Source: Gemmatales bacterium (GTDB lineage Bacteria; Planctomycetota; Planctomycetia; Gemmatales; HRBIN36). From it: 64,000 bases of DNA. This document shows, piece by piece, positions 31,238 to 40,415 of this stretch. The DNA is taken from NCBI GenBank assembly GCA_041640595.1, contig JBEPZY010000001.1, forward strand, positions 1,184,001-1,248,000, read 5' to 3'. The first letter of the stretch is position 1. Each line of letters opens with the position of its first letter. A program made the position numbers and the translations under genes. Under the pieces are notes generated by a model, which worked only from the letters and a program-made list of their open reading frames with translations, was not told the DNA's origin and did no database searches.

Positions 31238-32341
31238 TTACCTTCGCAGCTGGTGCAAATGCGACACTGCTCCATCCGCTACCGGTGCTGCCAGCGCACA
31301 AATTACCGCCGCGTGCAATAACGGGATGAGGATTTCGTGATGCCCGATAATTTCGATGCTGGCATCTGCGGGTCGCTCACAAACGTTGACCCGACTGCGG
31401 TACTGCACATGCTTATCGAGGTTCACCGTGAGCAACCCCTGCAGCGAATAGCCAAGATTGCGAGCCACGCTCACGGCTTTCAGGAAAACTTCCGGCATGA
31501 TGACTGCACTGCCGAGATTCATCCAGATACCATGTGCCAAACCCGCGACCACACCGCAAAGTTTTCGGAAATCCGTAAGACTCGCTTCGCCCAGGTCGGC
31601 TCCGCGAACCTGTGGATGCATGTGCACGATATCCGTCCCCAGTGCCACATGAACGGTACAGGGAATACCGGCTTGATATGCCGTCGCTACCAGGCTGCAA
31701 TGCAGGTATGGCAAACGGTCTTCCACCATGCAGGCACCCAGGGCAGCTCCCAAGCCGATACCTTCGCGGGCAGCACGTTCGGCGGCTCGAGCGAAGATCG
31801 CTGCCGTTTCGCGGGCCATGCCGAATTTTCCCTGCGGTAATTGTGCGGCAACATCCTCGCTGGTCTTCCCGGCGCAGGCGAGCTCAAAATCGTGAATCGC
31901 CGCCGAGCCGTTCATGGCTACCGCATGCAGGATGCCGCGCTGAATCCAGTCGTTCAGGTAGGGACCGCAACCGGTCTTAACCACGTGCCCGCCAATCGCC
32001 GCCACGACGGTGTGCTTATTTCGCACTGCGTTCACGATGGCGTCGCGCAGACGCCGTATCTCTACGGCTGCCAGTTGCTGCGGCAGACTTTCCAGCCAAT
32101 CGCTAAAACTTACTCGACCTGCTAGAGGACGGCCCAACTGTCCCACGTGCACCTTGCTAGGACGATCATGGAGCGAATAGGTGGTGAGCCGTTCCCAGGG
32201 CAGATCGGCGGGCAAACCAGCTTGCGAAGCTCTGCTGCGAGCAGCATCGTCAGTAGTGGGACAGGATGCTGACGTCCTGCGGACGCCAGACTCGGCACCG
32301 AGGCAATCCGAATCGCACGGTCGGGCAGGATTACGTTCCAT
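31238..32341 (-). CDS. Conserved hypothetical protein, deoxyhypusine-synthase-like features
   Basis: 'GGHVVKTG', 'MNGSAAIHDFE', 'FGMARET', 'HVALGTDIVHMH', 'GSAVIMPEVFLKA', 'GHHEILIP'; in operon between lpxK and hldE. Confidence 0.75.
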   Translation of the reverse strand: MERNPARPCDSDCLGAESGVRRTSASCPTTDDAARSRASQAGLPADLPWERLTTYSLHDRPSKVHVGQLGRPLAGRVSFSDWLESLPQQLAAVEIRRLRDAIVNAVRNKHTVVAAIGGHVVKTGCGPYLNDWIQRGILHAVAMNGSAAIHDFELACAGKTSEDVAAQLPQGKFGMARETAAIFARAAERAAREGIGLGAALGACMVEDRLPYLHCSLVATAYQAGIPCTVHVALGTDIVHMHPQVRGADLGEASLTDFRKLCGVVAGLAHGIWMNLGSAVIMPEVFLKAVSVARNLGYSLQGLLTVNLDKHVQYRSRVNVCERPADASIEIIGHHEILIPLLHAAVICALAAPVADGAVSHLHQLRR

Positions 32342-33569
32342 GACCGGTTCCTAAAACGGCAAGTTCTCCGCTGCGGTTGCGGTCATCCGAAGTAGTGGAG
32401 GTTTCGGAAGGTCTCAGAATCTGCCGGACTCGCTGCCACAAAATGTCCCCGCCTTCGATCCAGGCAAATTCGCAGACCAAAGCCCATAACGGTTTGCCCG
32501 CCAGCTCCCGCATGGGTAGTTTGACCAGGTCTTTGCGGGTTGTAACGGCGAAGCTGGCCTGCGGATAAGCGGAGGCCCAGTTCCGGAGTTGGTCAAGGAT
32601 TTGCGAGTAATCGCAATGGTCGGGACAGAAACAACTGGCCACGATTTCCGCCCCCAATTGTCGCAAACCGGCCAGAAAAGCAGCAGGATTACCAAGGCCA
32701 CAAAACGCCAGTATTTTCTCGCCTCGCAGTTGTTGCAATCCCGCAACGGTGCCTCCGGAGTTGACGAGATGCGCCGGGGCGTGGCGGGCCAGTGTCATGA
32801 CCGCCTGCGGAGCCGTCTGGGCGATTTGCCGCTGCAACTCACGACAACGCTTCTCACTCACCAGGTCGCACCGAGTGAGCACAATCACGTCGGCTCGTCG
32901 CAACGCGCTACGCGGTTCACGGAGCATACCTCGGGGCAGAAGATGGCCCCACCCCCAGGGATTCGTGGCATCCAGGAGAACAATGTCCAGGTCGCGGTGG
33001 AGCCTGCGGTGTTGAAAACCATCGTCCAGCAGCAATACCTGTGCACCGTCCGCAATAGCTTGCCTGGCCAGTTCGGCACGATTCCTCCCCTGCCGGAGCA
33101 GGATGCCCGGTAACTCAGCCAAAAGTTCCCGCCCTTCATCGTTGTAAGTTTGCTGCCAATGTGTTGCGGCGATTGCGTCTGAACCCGCATGCTCACACGG
33201 CAAACACCTTGTCGCCGCAGATGCCCTGTAACCCCGGCTCAAAATAGCCGCACGCAACCCCGTTTGAAGTAAACGCTTAGCCAGCCAGGCAACCAGAGGC
33301 GTCTTTCCCGTACCCCCTGCTGTCAGATTGCCAACACTGATAACCGGCACCGGTACGGTCAGCACCCGCGAGCGAAAGGTATCGTAAAACCGATTGCGCA
33401 GATGCACAGCAACGCCGTATCCCAGGCTGGCCAACCACAAGTTACCGCGAACCAAAGTTGCAGGCCAGGACCTCTGCTCGGCGGAGATGGTTTTCCACCA
33501 CCACGCCGCCAGACGTTCCTTGATAGAGCCGGCCAGCATAAGCGGATTCGGTTGGAGTTCCGGCAGCAT
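32331..33569 (-). CDS. lpxK: Tetraacyldisaccharide 4'-kinase
   Basis: 'VISVGNLTAGGTGKTP', 'SRGY', 'LDDGFQHRRL.RDLDIVL', 'LLPRG.LRE'; start uncertain. Confidence 0.96.
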   Translation of the reverse strand: MLPELQPNPLMLAGSIKERLAAWWWKTISAEQRSWPATLVRGNLWLASLGYGVAVHLRNRFYDTFRSRVLTVPVPVISVGNLTAGGTGKTPLVAWLAKRLLQTGLRAAILSRGYRASAATRCLPCEHAGSDAIAATHWQQTYNDEGRELLAELPGILLRQGRNRAELARQAIADGAQVLLLDDGFQHRRLHRDLDIVLLDATNPWGWGHLLPRGMLREPRSALRRADVIVLTRCDLVSEKRCRELQRQIAQTAPQAVMTLARHAPAHLVNSGGTVAGLQQLRGEKILAFCGLGNPAAFLAGLRQLGAEIVASCFCPDHCDYSQILDQLRNWASAYPQASFAVTTRKDLVKLPMRELAGKPLWALVCEFAWIEGGDILWQRVRQILRPSETSTTSDDRNRSGELAVLGTGHGT

Positions 33570-33648
33570 ACACGGTTGAACCCAATTGGTTCCTACAAGC
33601 CCATACCACAAAAACAGGCTTCGTGCAATGCCAACCCGACCGGTGTGG

Positions 33649-33750
33649 TTAGGTTAGCCTAATTATTCTGATTAGCCAAGCCGAATGATAATTAGTGGTA
33701 CCTAATGCTCATAGTTAGTGCCACCTAGCTAAGAAATTAGGAAAACCTAA
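33649..33750. promoter_or_regulatory. Five phased TTAG-N6-CTAA palindromes (DtxR/MntR-type operator array)
   Basis: TTAGGTTAGCCTAA 33649, TTAGCCAAGCCGAA 33672, TTAGTGGTACCTAA 33692, TTAGTGCCACCTAG 33715, TTAGGAAAACCTAA 33737. Confidence 0.75.
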
Positions 33751-33770
33751 CAATATTGCGGAAGGTCTCT

Positions 33771-34631
33771 ATGAACGCATACAGTCTAAACTTAGGCACG
33801 ATGGCGCTATGGCTGGCATTTTCGGAAACAGTGTTAGCCCAGCTCCCGCCCAATACCGCGTCAGGCAACGGAATTGATAAACCTGCCTTCCGCCCTACCA
33901 GCGAAGCCACAGCCAACAGCCGATCAACTTCGATACGCCGACCAGGGCCTGACACTGCCGATCTACCTGACAGCCCTTACGCTGTACCGCCAGGTGTCGT
34001 TTACGTTGAAACCGCACTAACCTATCAGCGGAGTAAGTCTCCCGCTGATCATGAGTATTTCACGGCCACACTGGTTCGCGTCGGTCTTCTACAGAATTGG
34101 GAGCTACGGGTGGGCGGTCCGGGTTTGATCGTTCGGGATGGTTTGCCAGACTCCACTACCGGATTTGGCCCGATTACCATCGGTGCGAAGTGGCACTGGT
34201 GGGAGGAAATCGAGGACAGGGGAACTCCTGCGGCCGGACTGATTTTCCAGGTAACCACCCCAACCGGTTCCGATGCTTTTCGGCCTGAAATTGCCGAACC
34301 GGCTGGCTTCCTCTCTTTTTGCCATCCACTGCCCTGGGAAATGGAATTTGAATGGAACGTTGGTCTTGCTCTGACCAGGGGCCAATGCGAGCGGACTCAG
34401 CTTGAGGGTTGGCTATTGTGGGCTTTGAGCAGGCAAGTTACTCCGAATTTGAACGTATTTATGCACGGCTACATAGTTACGCCGGGCCTCGTCAGCGAGA
34501 CCGAAATCGTTTTGGGGCCTGGTCTGATCTGGTTTATCAGCGAACGAATGGCATTGGATACCAGCTCGGTTTTCGGCGTTACCGACGATGCTCCTACCAT
34601 CGCACGCGTGGGATTGAATCTGGCCTTTTAG
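33771..34631 (+). CDS. Putative outer-membrane beta-barrel transporter (MetA-pathway/phenol-degradation-like family)
   Basis: Signal peptide, 'RPGPD.A..P.SP..VP.G..Y.E', 'RVGL...WELR', amphipathic strands, terminal Phe. Confidence 0.72.
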   Translation: MNAYSLNLGTMALWLAFSETVLAQLPPNTASGNGIDKPAFRPTSEATANSRSTSIRRPGPDTADLPDSPYAVPPGVVYVETALTYQRSKSPADHEYFTATLVRVGLLQNWELRVGGPGLIVRDGLPDSTTGFGPITIGAKWHWWEEIEDRGTPAAGLIFQVTTPTGSDAFRPEIAEPAGFLSFCHPLPWEMEFEWNVGLALTRGQCERTQLEGWLLWALSRQVTPNLNVFMHGYIVTPGLVSETEIVLGPGLIWFISERMALDTSSVFGVTDDAPTIARVGLNLAF

Positions 34632-34658
34632 CATCGGACGTCGAATTTCCCCCTGTCA

Positions 34659-34770
34659 GGTGTGCCAGTGGTGATTCGTTTCGGAGGCCAGCCACATTCT
34701 CGTCGGCTTCCTCGAGGTTTAACCTACGCGAGGATGTGCCAGGGGGCTTCGTTTCACAAGCCAGCCAAAT
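34659..34770 (+). repeat. ~38-bp imperfect direct repeat x2 with a ~35-bp insert (period 73-74)
   Basis: TGTGCCAGTGGTGATTCGTTTCGGAGGCCAGCCACAT (from 34661) vs TGTGCCAGGGGGCTTCGTTTCACAAGCCAGCCAAAT (from 34735). Confidence 0.75.
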
Positions 34771-34849
34771 GACCGACGTGTGATATTTCGCTACCTTATA
34801 CCGTAACTTCCTGCCCACCAAAAGTCCCTGCCCAACGGAGTCAGCAACC

Positions 34850-37264
34850 ATGAAACAATGTCTGCTGGGGAACACGTGGTTACTGGTGATTCTGGTCGGA
34901 GCGGCGATGATCGGTTCAGCCCAGGGAGACCGTGTCAAACCGCCCGACCGCATGGTGCAAGAATTACTGCAACTTTCGCCCGACGTGTATCCGACGCAGT
35001 CAGATGAGGCAAAGCGTTTACGGCAAGCGTGGCCGGAATTGTTGCGTGATGGCTTACGGCAGGCGAATCGTCGCAGTACCCAACAATGGCAAGGCTTGCA
35101 AAGTCGGGCCGATTGGGAGCAATTCCGTCGGGAAAAACTGGCAAAGCTTCGCCAGGCCCTTGCCATTCCCGAAGCTCCACCACCTGCGCCACGGGTAATG
35201 GTGACCGGACGCATCCGCGGCGAAGGTTACCGCATCGAAAACTTGCTCTACGAAAGCCGGCCTGGTCTGTGGGTCAGTGCGAATCTCTATTTGCCCGAAC
35301 CGGTCCAGGCAAAGCCAGCCGGGTTGATCCTGGTGCACAGCCATCACACTCCGAAATGGCATACTGAATTGCAGGACATGGGCATCCTGTGGGCGAAAGC
35401 GGGATCGGCTGTGCTGGTGCCGGACTTGCTCGGTCACGGTGAGCGGCGGACCCATCCTTTCGTAGATGCCAAAAGTTTCCCCGAACCATTCCGGGTGGGT
35501 CGGCAGGATTATTACTTCCGCTACAACACGGCAGCGCAGTTGTACCTGCTGGGAGAAACGTTGATGGGCTGGATGGTGTGGGATTTGCGATGCGGTGTGG
35601 AGGTGTTGCTCAAGCATGCTCAGGCGGATCCAAAGCGGATCGGCATTTTGGGCTCTGTGGCCGGTGGAGGCGATGTGGCTGCTGTAACCGCCGCCGTCGA
35701 GGAACGCATCTCCGCTGCGGTGGTCTTCAACTTCGGCGGACCGGAACCGGAAGACCCGTTCCCACTACCAGACGATGCCGAGGTCTCTTTCAACTACGCA
35801 GGTAGTGGCTCCTGGGAATCCACGCGCAACCTGATCCATTCGGCCCGTGATGGATTTTTGCCGTGGGTCATCGTGGGAGCGATCGCCCCGCGACGGCTCT
35901 GCTATGCTCATGAGTTCAGTTGGGACCGCGAGCGCGATCCAGTATGGAGACGCCTGCAGCGCATTTGGGCATGGTATGAGGTGCCGGAGCATTTGCGCTA
36001 CGCTCACGGTCGCGGTCAACTAAGCGGAAAGCCCCCGGAAAGCACTCACTGCACCCATATCGGCGAATTTCACCGTCGCTCCGGAGTTTACCAGGCACTC
36101 CAGGCATGGTTTGGTTTGCCAATTCCGCAACACGAAAACACGACGCATTATTCCATCACCGAACTGACCTGCTGGACAGAAGAAGCACGCAGGCAGCTCC
36201 GTCCATTGCCCTGGCCCGAATGGCTTTCGCGCTGGTATGAACAACAAAAGGCGAGTATCAAAACTACTTCCGTTGGCCCGACGGCAAACGAAGTATGGGC
36301 TGGCTGGGTCAAACGAAACGCCGATCGGCAAAAGGAGCCCGCCCGCCCTGCTCTGGTTCGCCAGCAAGCGTTCCAGGGAGGTCGTGCACAGTGGTGGCTG
36401 GTATCCAATCTGGACGGCATGCCAATCCCTGTTATGTTGCTCCTCGCTGATACTGGGGGTAAACAAAAACCGGGCGTGGTCGCCGTCTGTTCGCAGGGCA
36501 AGGCAAGGTTTTTGCGTGAACACGCCGGAGCGGTGGCGCAATTGCTCGCCTCCGGTGTGGATGTCTGCCTGGTGGATGTGCGCGGCGTTGGCGAGACGGC
36601 AACGGAGAGCGTTCCCAGTCGCACGGGTGCAGGCACGTCGCATGCCGCTACCGCACTTATGCTCGGCCAGAGTATCGTCGAACTTCGTCTGCTGGATCTG
36701 CTGGCCGTTGTAGGCGACGAACAATCGCCCAGGGCCGATAATGCCCCCAAGCGGCGGATAGCGGTGTGGGGAACGGATGAAGGTCCGGTCAATGGGCCGG
36801 CAATTATGACCGAAGTGCCCTGGGATGCGAGTCGGTTGCCGGCTTTCGCCGACCCGACCGGTCCTCATTTAGCCTTACGTTTGGCAGCGCTGGATAAAGC
36901 GGTGGTAGCTGTCTATGCTGCCGGTGAACTGGCGAGTTATCGTTCCGCCCTGGCCTCCCCATTCTTGTTTCTGCCGCTGGCTGCTATCGAGCCGGGTATG
37001 CTCGATCCGAAACGGGGTCGCGGCGACCCAGCCGACTTATTGCCTAGCCTTGCTCCACGGCCAGTACGGCTGGAAGCGCTTCGGGATGCCCGGAATCGTT
37101 TGCTCAACGATGCTTCCGTGCAATCCTGGCTCGCAGACTTACACGCCACACTTCGCCAGTACGGACACCGCCAACCGGAAACGTGGCTCCAGGCCAGCAG
37201 CCAGCGCAGTTCTGACACCGACATCGCCCTCTGGCTCCTCCGCCACCTTCACCGCAATCACTGA
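34850..37264 (+). CDS. Secreted alpha/beta hydrolase with two hydrolase-like domains (acetylxylan-esterase-like)
   Basis: Signal peptide, 'YRIENL.YESRPGL.V.ANLYLP', 'D.LGHGER', 'DPKRIGILGSVAGG', second 'DVRGVGET'. Confidence 0.85.
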   Translation: MKQCLLGNTWLLVILVGAAMIGSAQGDRVKPPDRMVQELLQLSPDVYPTQSDEAKRLRQAWPELLRDGLRQANRRSTQQWQGLQSRADWEQFRREKLAKLRQALAIPEAPPPAPRVMVTGRIRGEGYRIENLLYESRPGLWVSANLYLPEPVQAKPAGLILVHSHHTPKWHTELQDMGILWAKAGSAVLVPDLLGHGERRTHPFVDAKSFPEPFRVGRQDYYFRYNTAAQLYLLGETLMGWMVWDLRCGVEVLLKHAQADPKRIGILGSVAGGGDVAAVTAAVEERISAAVVFNFGGPEPEDPFPLPDDAEVSFNYAGSGSWESTRNLIHSARDGFLPWVIVGAIAPRRLCYAHEFSWDRERDPVWRRLQRIWAWYEVPEHLRYAHGRGQLSGKPPESTHCTHIGEFHRRSGVYQALQAWFGLPIPQHENTTHYSITELTCWTEEARRQLRPLPWPEWLSRWYEQQKASIKTTSVGPTANEVWAGWVKRNADRQKEPARPALVRQQAFQGGRAQWWLVSNLDGMPIPVMLLLADTGGKQKPGVVAVCSQGKARFLREHAGAVAQLLASGVDVCLVDVRGVGETATESVPSRTGAGTSHAATALMLGQSIVELRLLDLLAVVGDEQSPRADNAPKRRIAVWGTDEGPVNGPAIMTEVPWDASRLPAFADPTGPHLALRLAALDKAVVAVYAAGELASYRSALASPFLFLPLAAIEPGMLDPKRGRGDPADLLPSLAPRPVRLEALRDARNRLLNDASVQSWLADLHATLRQYGHRQPETWLQASSQRSSDTDIALWLLRHLHRNH

Positions 37265-37458
37265 ACCTCTAACCGTAACCCTGCCGGGCGAAATTGCGTT
37301 CGGTACTTGATCCGCGATCAAGCAACGGCAAGAGGAATAATCGCTAGGATGATTGCAAACCGGAATGGTTCGACTGAATGAACCGCACATCGCTATCCAA
37401 GCCGGCTCTACCGAAGAATATCCAGTGCGGATAAGCCAAGTTTGGGAAGGAAGTGGGC

Positions 37459-37911
37459 ATGCTTACGCGGCAGGAATTCGATGTCATTCTCGCGGACACC
37501 ACCAAGCGCATCCTGGGAGATATTGATTGGCGAGAAGATGCAGACCATTCTCCGGCCCGCGAATTTCGCATCGAGGTTAGCTCGGATAACGGATGGCCCA
37601 TTTTCATCGTCGGCCGTTGGAATCCCTATGCCGGGACGTTGAGCTACGTTCTCATCCATCGCGGTGCCGGACGCATCTACGGACTGGACCTGGGCGCTGA
37701 TCATCACAATCCTACTTGCGAGCGGGTCGGCGAGAAACATAAGCACGCATGGACTGAAGAATTTCGCGATAAGCAGGCTTACGTGCCCAGCGACATCACA
37801 GCGTCTTGGGACCAGCCCGTGGAGGTGTGGCGTCAGTTTTGCCGTCAGGCCAACATCACGCACCAGGGTCAAATGCATCCTCCCTCGGTGCAAGGGGAAC
37901 TAATCCCATGA
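37459..37911 (+). CDS. DUF6978-like protein
   Basis: 'RIYGLDLG..HHNP..E.V...HKH.WTE' and C-terminal 'FC..ANI'; family name from memory of the motif. Confidence 0.7.
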   Translation: MLTRQEFDVILADTTKRILGDIDWREDADHSPAREFRIEVSSDNGWPIFIVGRWNPYAGTLSYVLIHRGAGRIYGLDLGADHHNPTCERVGEKHKHAWTEEFRDKQAYVPSDITASWDQPVEVWRQFCRQANITHQGQMHPPSVQGELIP

Positions 37912-38684
37912 CTTGCGAAGAACTGCGTGCGCAATTGCACGCATCCGGACATCTGCTATTTGAATGCAGTCCGGCCCCACGGGAAGGGATCAGAGTCCGG
38001 ACATTTTTGCTTTATCCGGACGGAGGCATCATTGATGTTTTCGTCGTGGAGCGGGATGGACAGTTAGAGGTGACCGATTTCGGCGAAGCTTTGGGCTGGC
38101 TTCGCCTGCAATCTCCGAGAGGACATCTTTCCCCCAAGCAAAAGCGTCTGATTGCTGACGTATGTCTTACCCTGGGCGTGGAATGTTTTCGTGGCCAGCT
38201 GGTGTGCCGAGTCAAAAATAATGACGTCTCCGCGGCAGTTCTGAAGGTGGCTCAAGCAGTGCTGCGCGTGACCGATTTGTGGTTCACCATGCGCACGCGA
38301 GTAATTGAAAATGTCGCAGACGAAGTGGCGGACTGGCTCAGCGAGAAAGGCATTGCCTTTGAACGTGGTGCCACACACGTCGGTCGTTCGGGACGTGTCT
38401 GGACCGTGGACTACCAGACGCACTTGCCTCAACGTACCTCGCTTGTTTTCCTGCTCGCTACAGGTTCGCGTGCGGCAGCCCGTCGAGTCACCGAACATGT
38501 GCTGGCCGGGTTATACGACCTCAGCCACCTCAAGGTAGTGCAGCCCCAGCTTGCGTTCGTCTCACTTTTCGACGACACCGAGGACGTCTGGCAGGAAGAG
38601 GATTTTCGACTCGTCCAGGATTTGTCCGTGGTGGCACGATGGTCGCGGCCGGACGAGTTCGAAAAGATACTGCGGGCCGCATGA
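37908..38684 (+). CDS. DUF1828/DUF1829-like protein (chaperone-like N-domain plus putative PD-(D/E)xK-like C-domain)
   Basis: ATGA overlap with the upstream gene; 'T.F.YPDG..IDVFV', 'VTDFGEAL', 'GRSGR.WTVD', 'SLFDD'. Confidence 0.75.
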   Translation: MTCEELRAQLHASGHLLFECSPAPREGIRVRTFLLYPDGGIIDVFVVERDGQLEVTDFGEALGWLRLQSPRGHLSPKQKRLIADVCLTLGVECFRGQLVCRVKNNDVSAAVLKVAQAVLRVTDLWFTMRTRVIENVADEVADWLSEKGIAFERGATHVGRSGRVWTVDYQTHLPQRTSLVFLLATGSRAAARRVTEHVLAGLYDLSHLKVVQPQLAFVSLFDDTEDVWQEEDFRLVQDLSVVARWSRPDEFEKILRAA

Positions 38685-39090
38685 ATTGCAAACACCGCCG
38701 GCTCATTGCCAGGCAACCACCGCTCCGACCCCACAAGCAGCTCTCGGCGACACGCGAACATGAGGCTGATTTCTGGCACAGCCGTTCAGGGGCCATATAC
38801 CCCTACTTACACCACCAGCGTCAGAAAAACAGAACCAGGGTGGAATCCCGCTGGCAGCACGCCACACGTTATCGGTGACACGCAGCTATTGTCCCTGTTC
38901 ACGCTTAGTTACGGGCTTTGTTCACGATAATTTCTTTGGCAAGCCAACGAATAAACACGAGGAGCAAAGTCAAGGGCAAAACCAGCAGTGCGTTCCGAAT
39001 ATATTTCCTAGCTAGCCCACGGCCAGGCTTCTTTTTTCGGTGCTCAGGCGAACATCCGGAACCGAGTCGGCAAGGTGGACACCAGGCGAC

Positions 39091-39978
39091 ATGGACACCA
39101 CGCTGTTAGCCGACAACACCGTCGGCAAAATCTATTTCGCGGATAACCTGGAGGTGCTCAGGACGTTTCCGGACGAATCGGTGGATTTGATCTACATCGA
39201 TCCGCCGTTCAACACCGGGAAGGTACAGGAACGCATCTCCATCAAAGCGGTGAGGTCGGAAGAAGGTGACCGGGTCGGCTTTCAGGGACGTCGCTACCAA
39301 AGCGTCGTCATCGGGAGAAAGCGTTTCGCGGATATGTTCGACGACTACCTGGGCTTCCTGGAACCGCGTCTGGTCGAAGCCTACCGCATTCTCGCGCCCC
39401 ACGGATCGCTGTATTTCCATGTGGATTACCGTGAGGTGCACTATTGCAAGGTGCTGCTCGACTGCATATTTGGCCGACAGTGTTTCCTGAACGAAATCAT
39501 CTGGGCCTATGACTACGGTGGGCGTCCTAAAGACAGATGGCCGGCTAAACACGACAACATTCTGCTTTACGTGAAAAGTCCTGGTCAGCACGTGTTCAAT
39601 GCAGATGCGATCGAACGCATACCGTATATGGCCCCAGGATTGGTAGGTGCGGAGAAAGCAGCCCGCGGAAAACTACCGACCGATGTCTGGTGGCACACCA
39701 TCGTTCCGACCAATAGCGCTGAAAAAACGGGATACCCGACCCAGAAGCCCCTGGGCATCCTTCGCCGCATCATTCAGGCCTCTTCTCGACCGGGTGCCGT
39801 TGTGCTCGACTTTTTTGCCGGCAGCGGAACGACCGGGATGGCTGCCCTCGAACTGGGCCGCCGCTTTATTCTCGTGGACAACAACCCCGAAGCCCTGGCA
39901 GTGATGGCTCGCCGCTTCGACGGCATCAAAGGAATCACATGGTCCGGCTTCGACCCTGCTGCATCGCGGAGAATTTGA
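39091..39978 (+). CDS. Site-specific DNA methyltransferase (N6-A/N4-C, beta motif order)
   Basis: 'DLIYIDPPFNTG' precedes 'YPTQKP' and 'VLDFFAGSGTTG'. Confidence 0.95.
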   Translation: MDTTLLADNTVGKIYFADNLEVLRTFPDESVDLIYIDPPFNTGKVQERISIKAVRSEEGDRVGFQGRRYQSVVIGRKRFADMFDDYLGFLEPRLVEAYRILAPHGSLYFHVDYREVHYCKVLLDCIFGRQCFLNEIIWAYDYGGRPKDRWPAKHDNILLYVKSPGQHVFNADAIERIPYMAPGLVGAEKAARGKLPTDVWWHTIVPTNSAEKTGYPTQKPLGILRRIIQASSRPGAVVLDFFAGSGTTGMAALELGRRFILVDNNPEALAVMARRFDGIKGITWSGFDPAASRRI

Positions 39979-40151
39979 ATCCGCAATTTCGATCAAAGGA
40001 ATCGACTGGTTCGGTTTCGACCCGCTAGCGATTGCGACAGCGTTTCAATCCCACCGATCGAAGGAACCGCATGGTCCGGCTTCACCCGCAATGGTCGTTT
40101 TGAACGAATCCGTTACCGCGGCACCTAAGGAATATGCTTCGGCTTCGACCG
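39925..40151 (+). repeat. ~32-bp degenerate repeat x4 with 33-35 bp inserts, derived from the methyltransferase 3' end (periods 67, 65, 66)
   Basis: ATC(A/G)AAGGAA....TGGT(C/T)CGG(C/T)TTCGACCC-like copies at 39925, 39992, 40057 and 40123 (last one most degenerate). Confidence 0.85.
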
Positions 40152-40160
40152 AACCTTTAC

Positions 40161-40415
40161 CGGAAACACGTCTGGCAGCGGCAAGCGGCGGTGCAGTTCT
40201 ACGGCGACGAGGCGATGAAGCTGCTCCGCGACGCGGTGGCTAAGGGATTCAAGGATGCCGCTCGCATGAAGAAGGACAGCGCCTTCGACGTGATCTGATT
40301 GGAAACAGTCACGGCAACGTCCAGCGCCCGCATGCAAAAGGACAGCGACCTCGACCCGCTGCGGCAACGTTCCGACTTCCAGCAATTGCTGCAGGAGTTG
40401 CTCGGCCCCCGGTGA
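40161..40415 (+). pseudogene. C-terminal fragment of a planctomycete TPR-tailed Ser/Thr kinase-type protein
   Basis: Manual translation 'FYGDEAMKLLRDAVAKGFKDAARMKKDS...RMQKDSDLDPLRQRSDFQQLLQELL*', interrupted by a 66-bp insert containing TGA (40296-40298). Confidence 0.75.
40260..40355 (+). repeat. 30-bp imperfect direct repeat x2 with a 36-bp insert (period 66)
   Basis: GCTCGCATGAAGAAGGACAGCGCCTTCGAC (40260-40289) and GCCCGCATGCAAAAGGACAGCGACCTCGAC (40326-40355). Confidence 0.88.
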
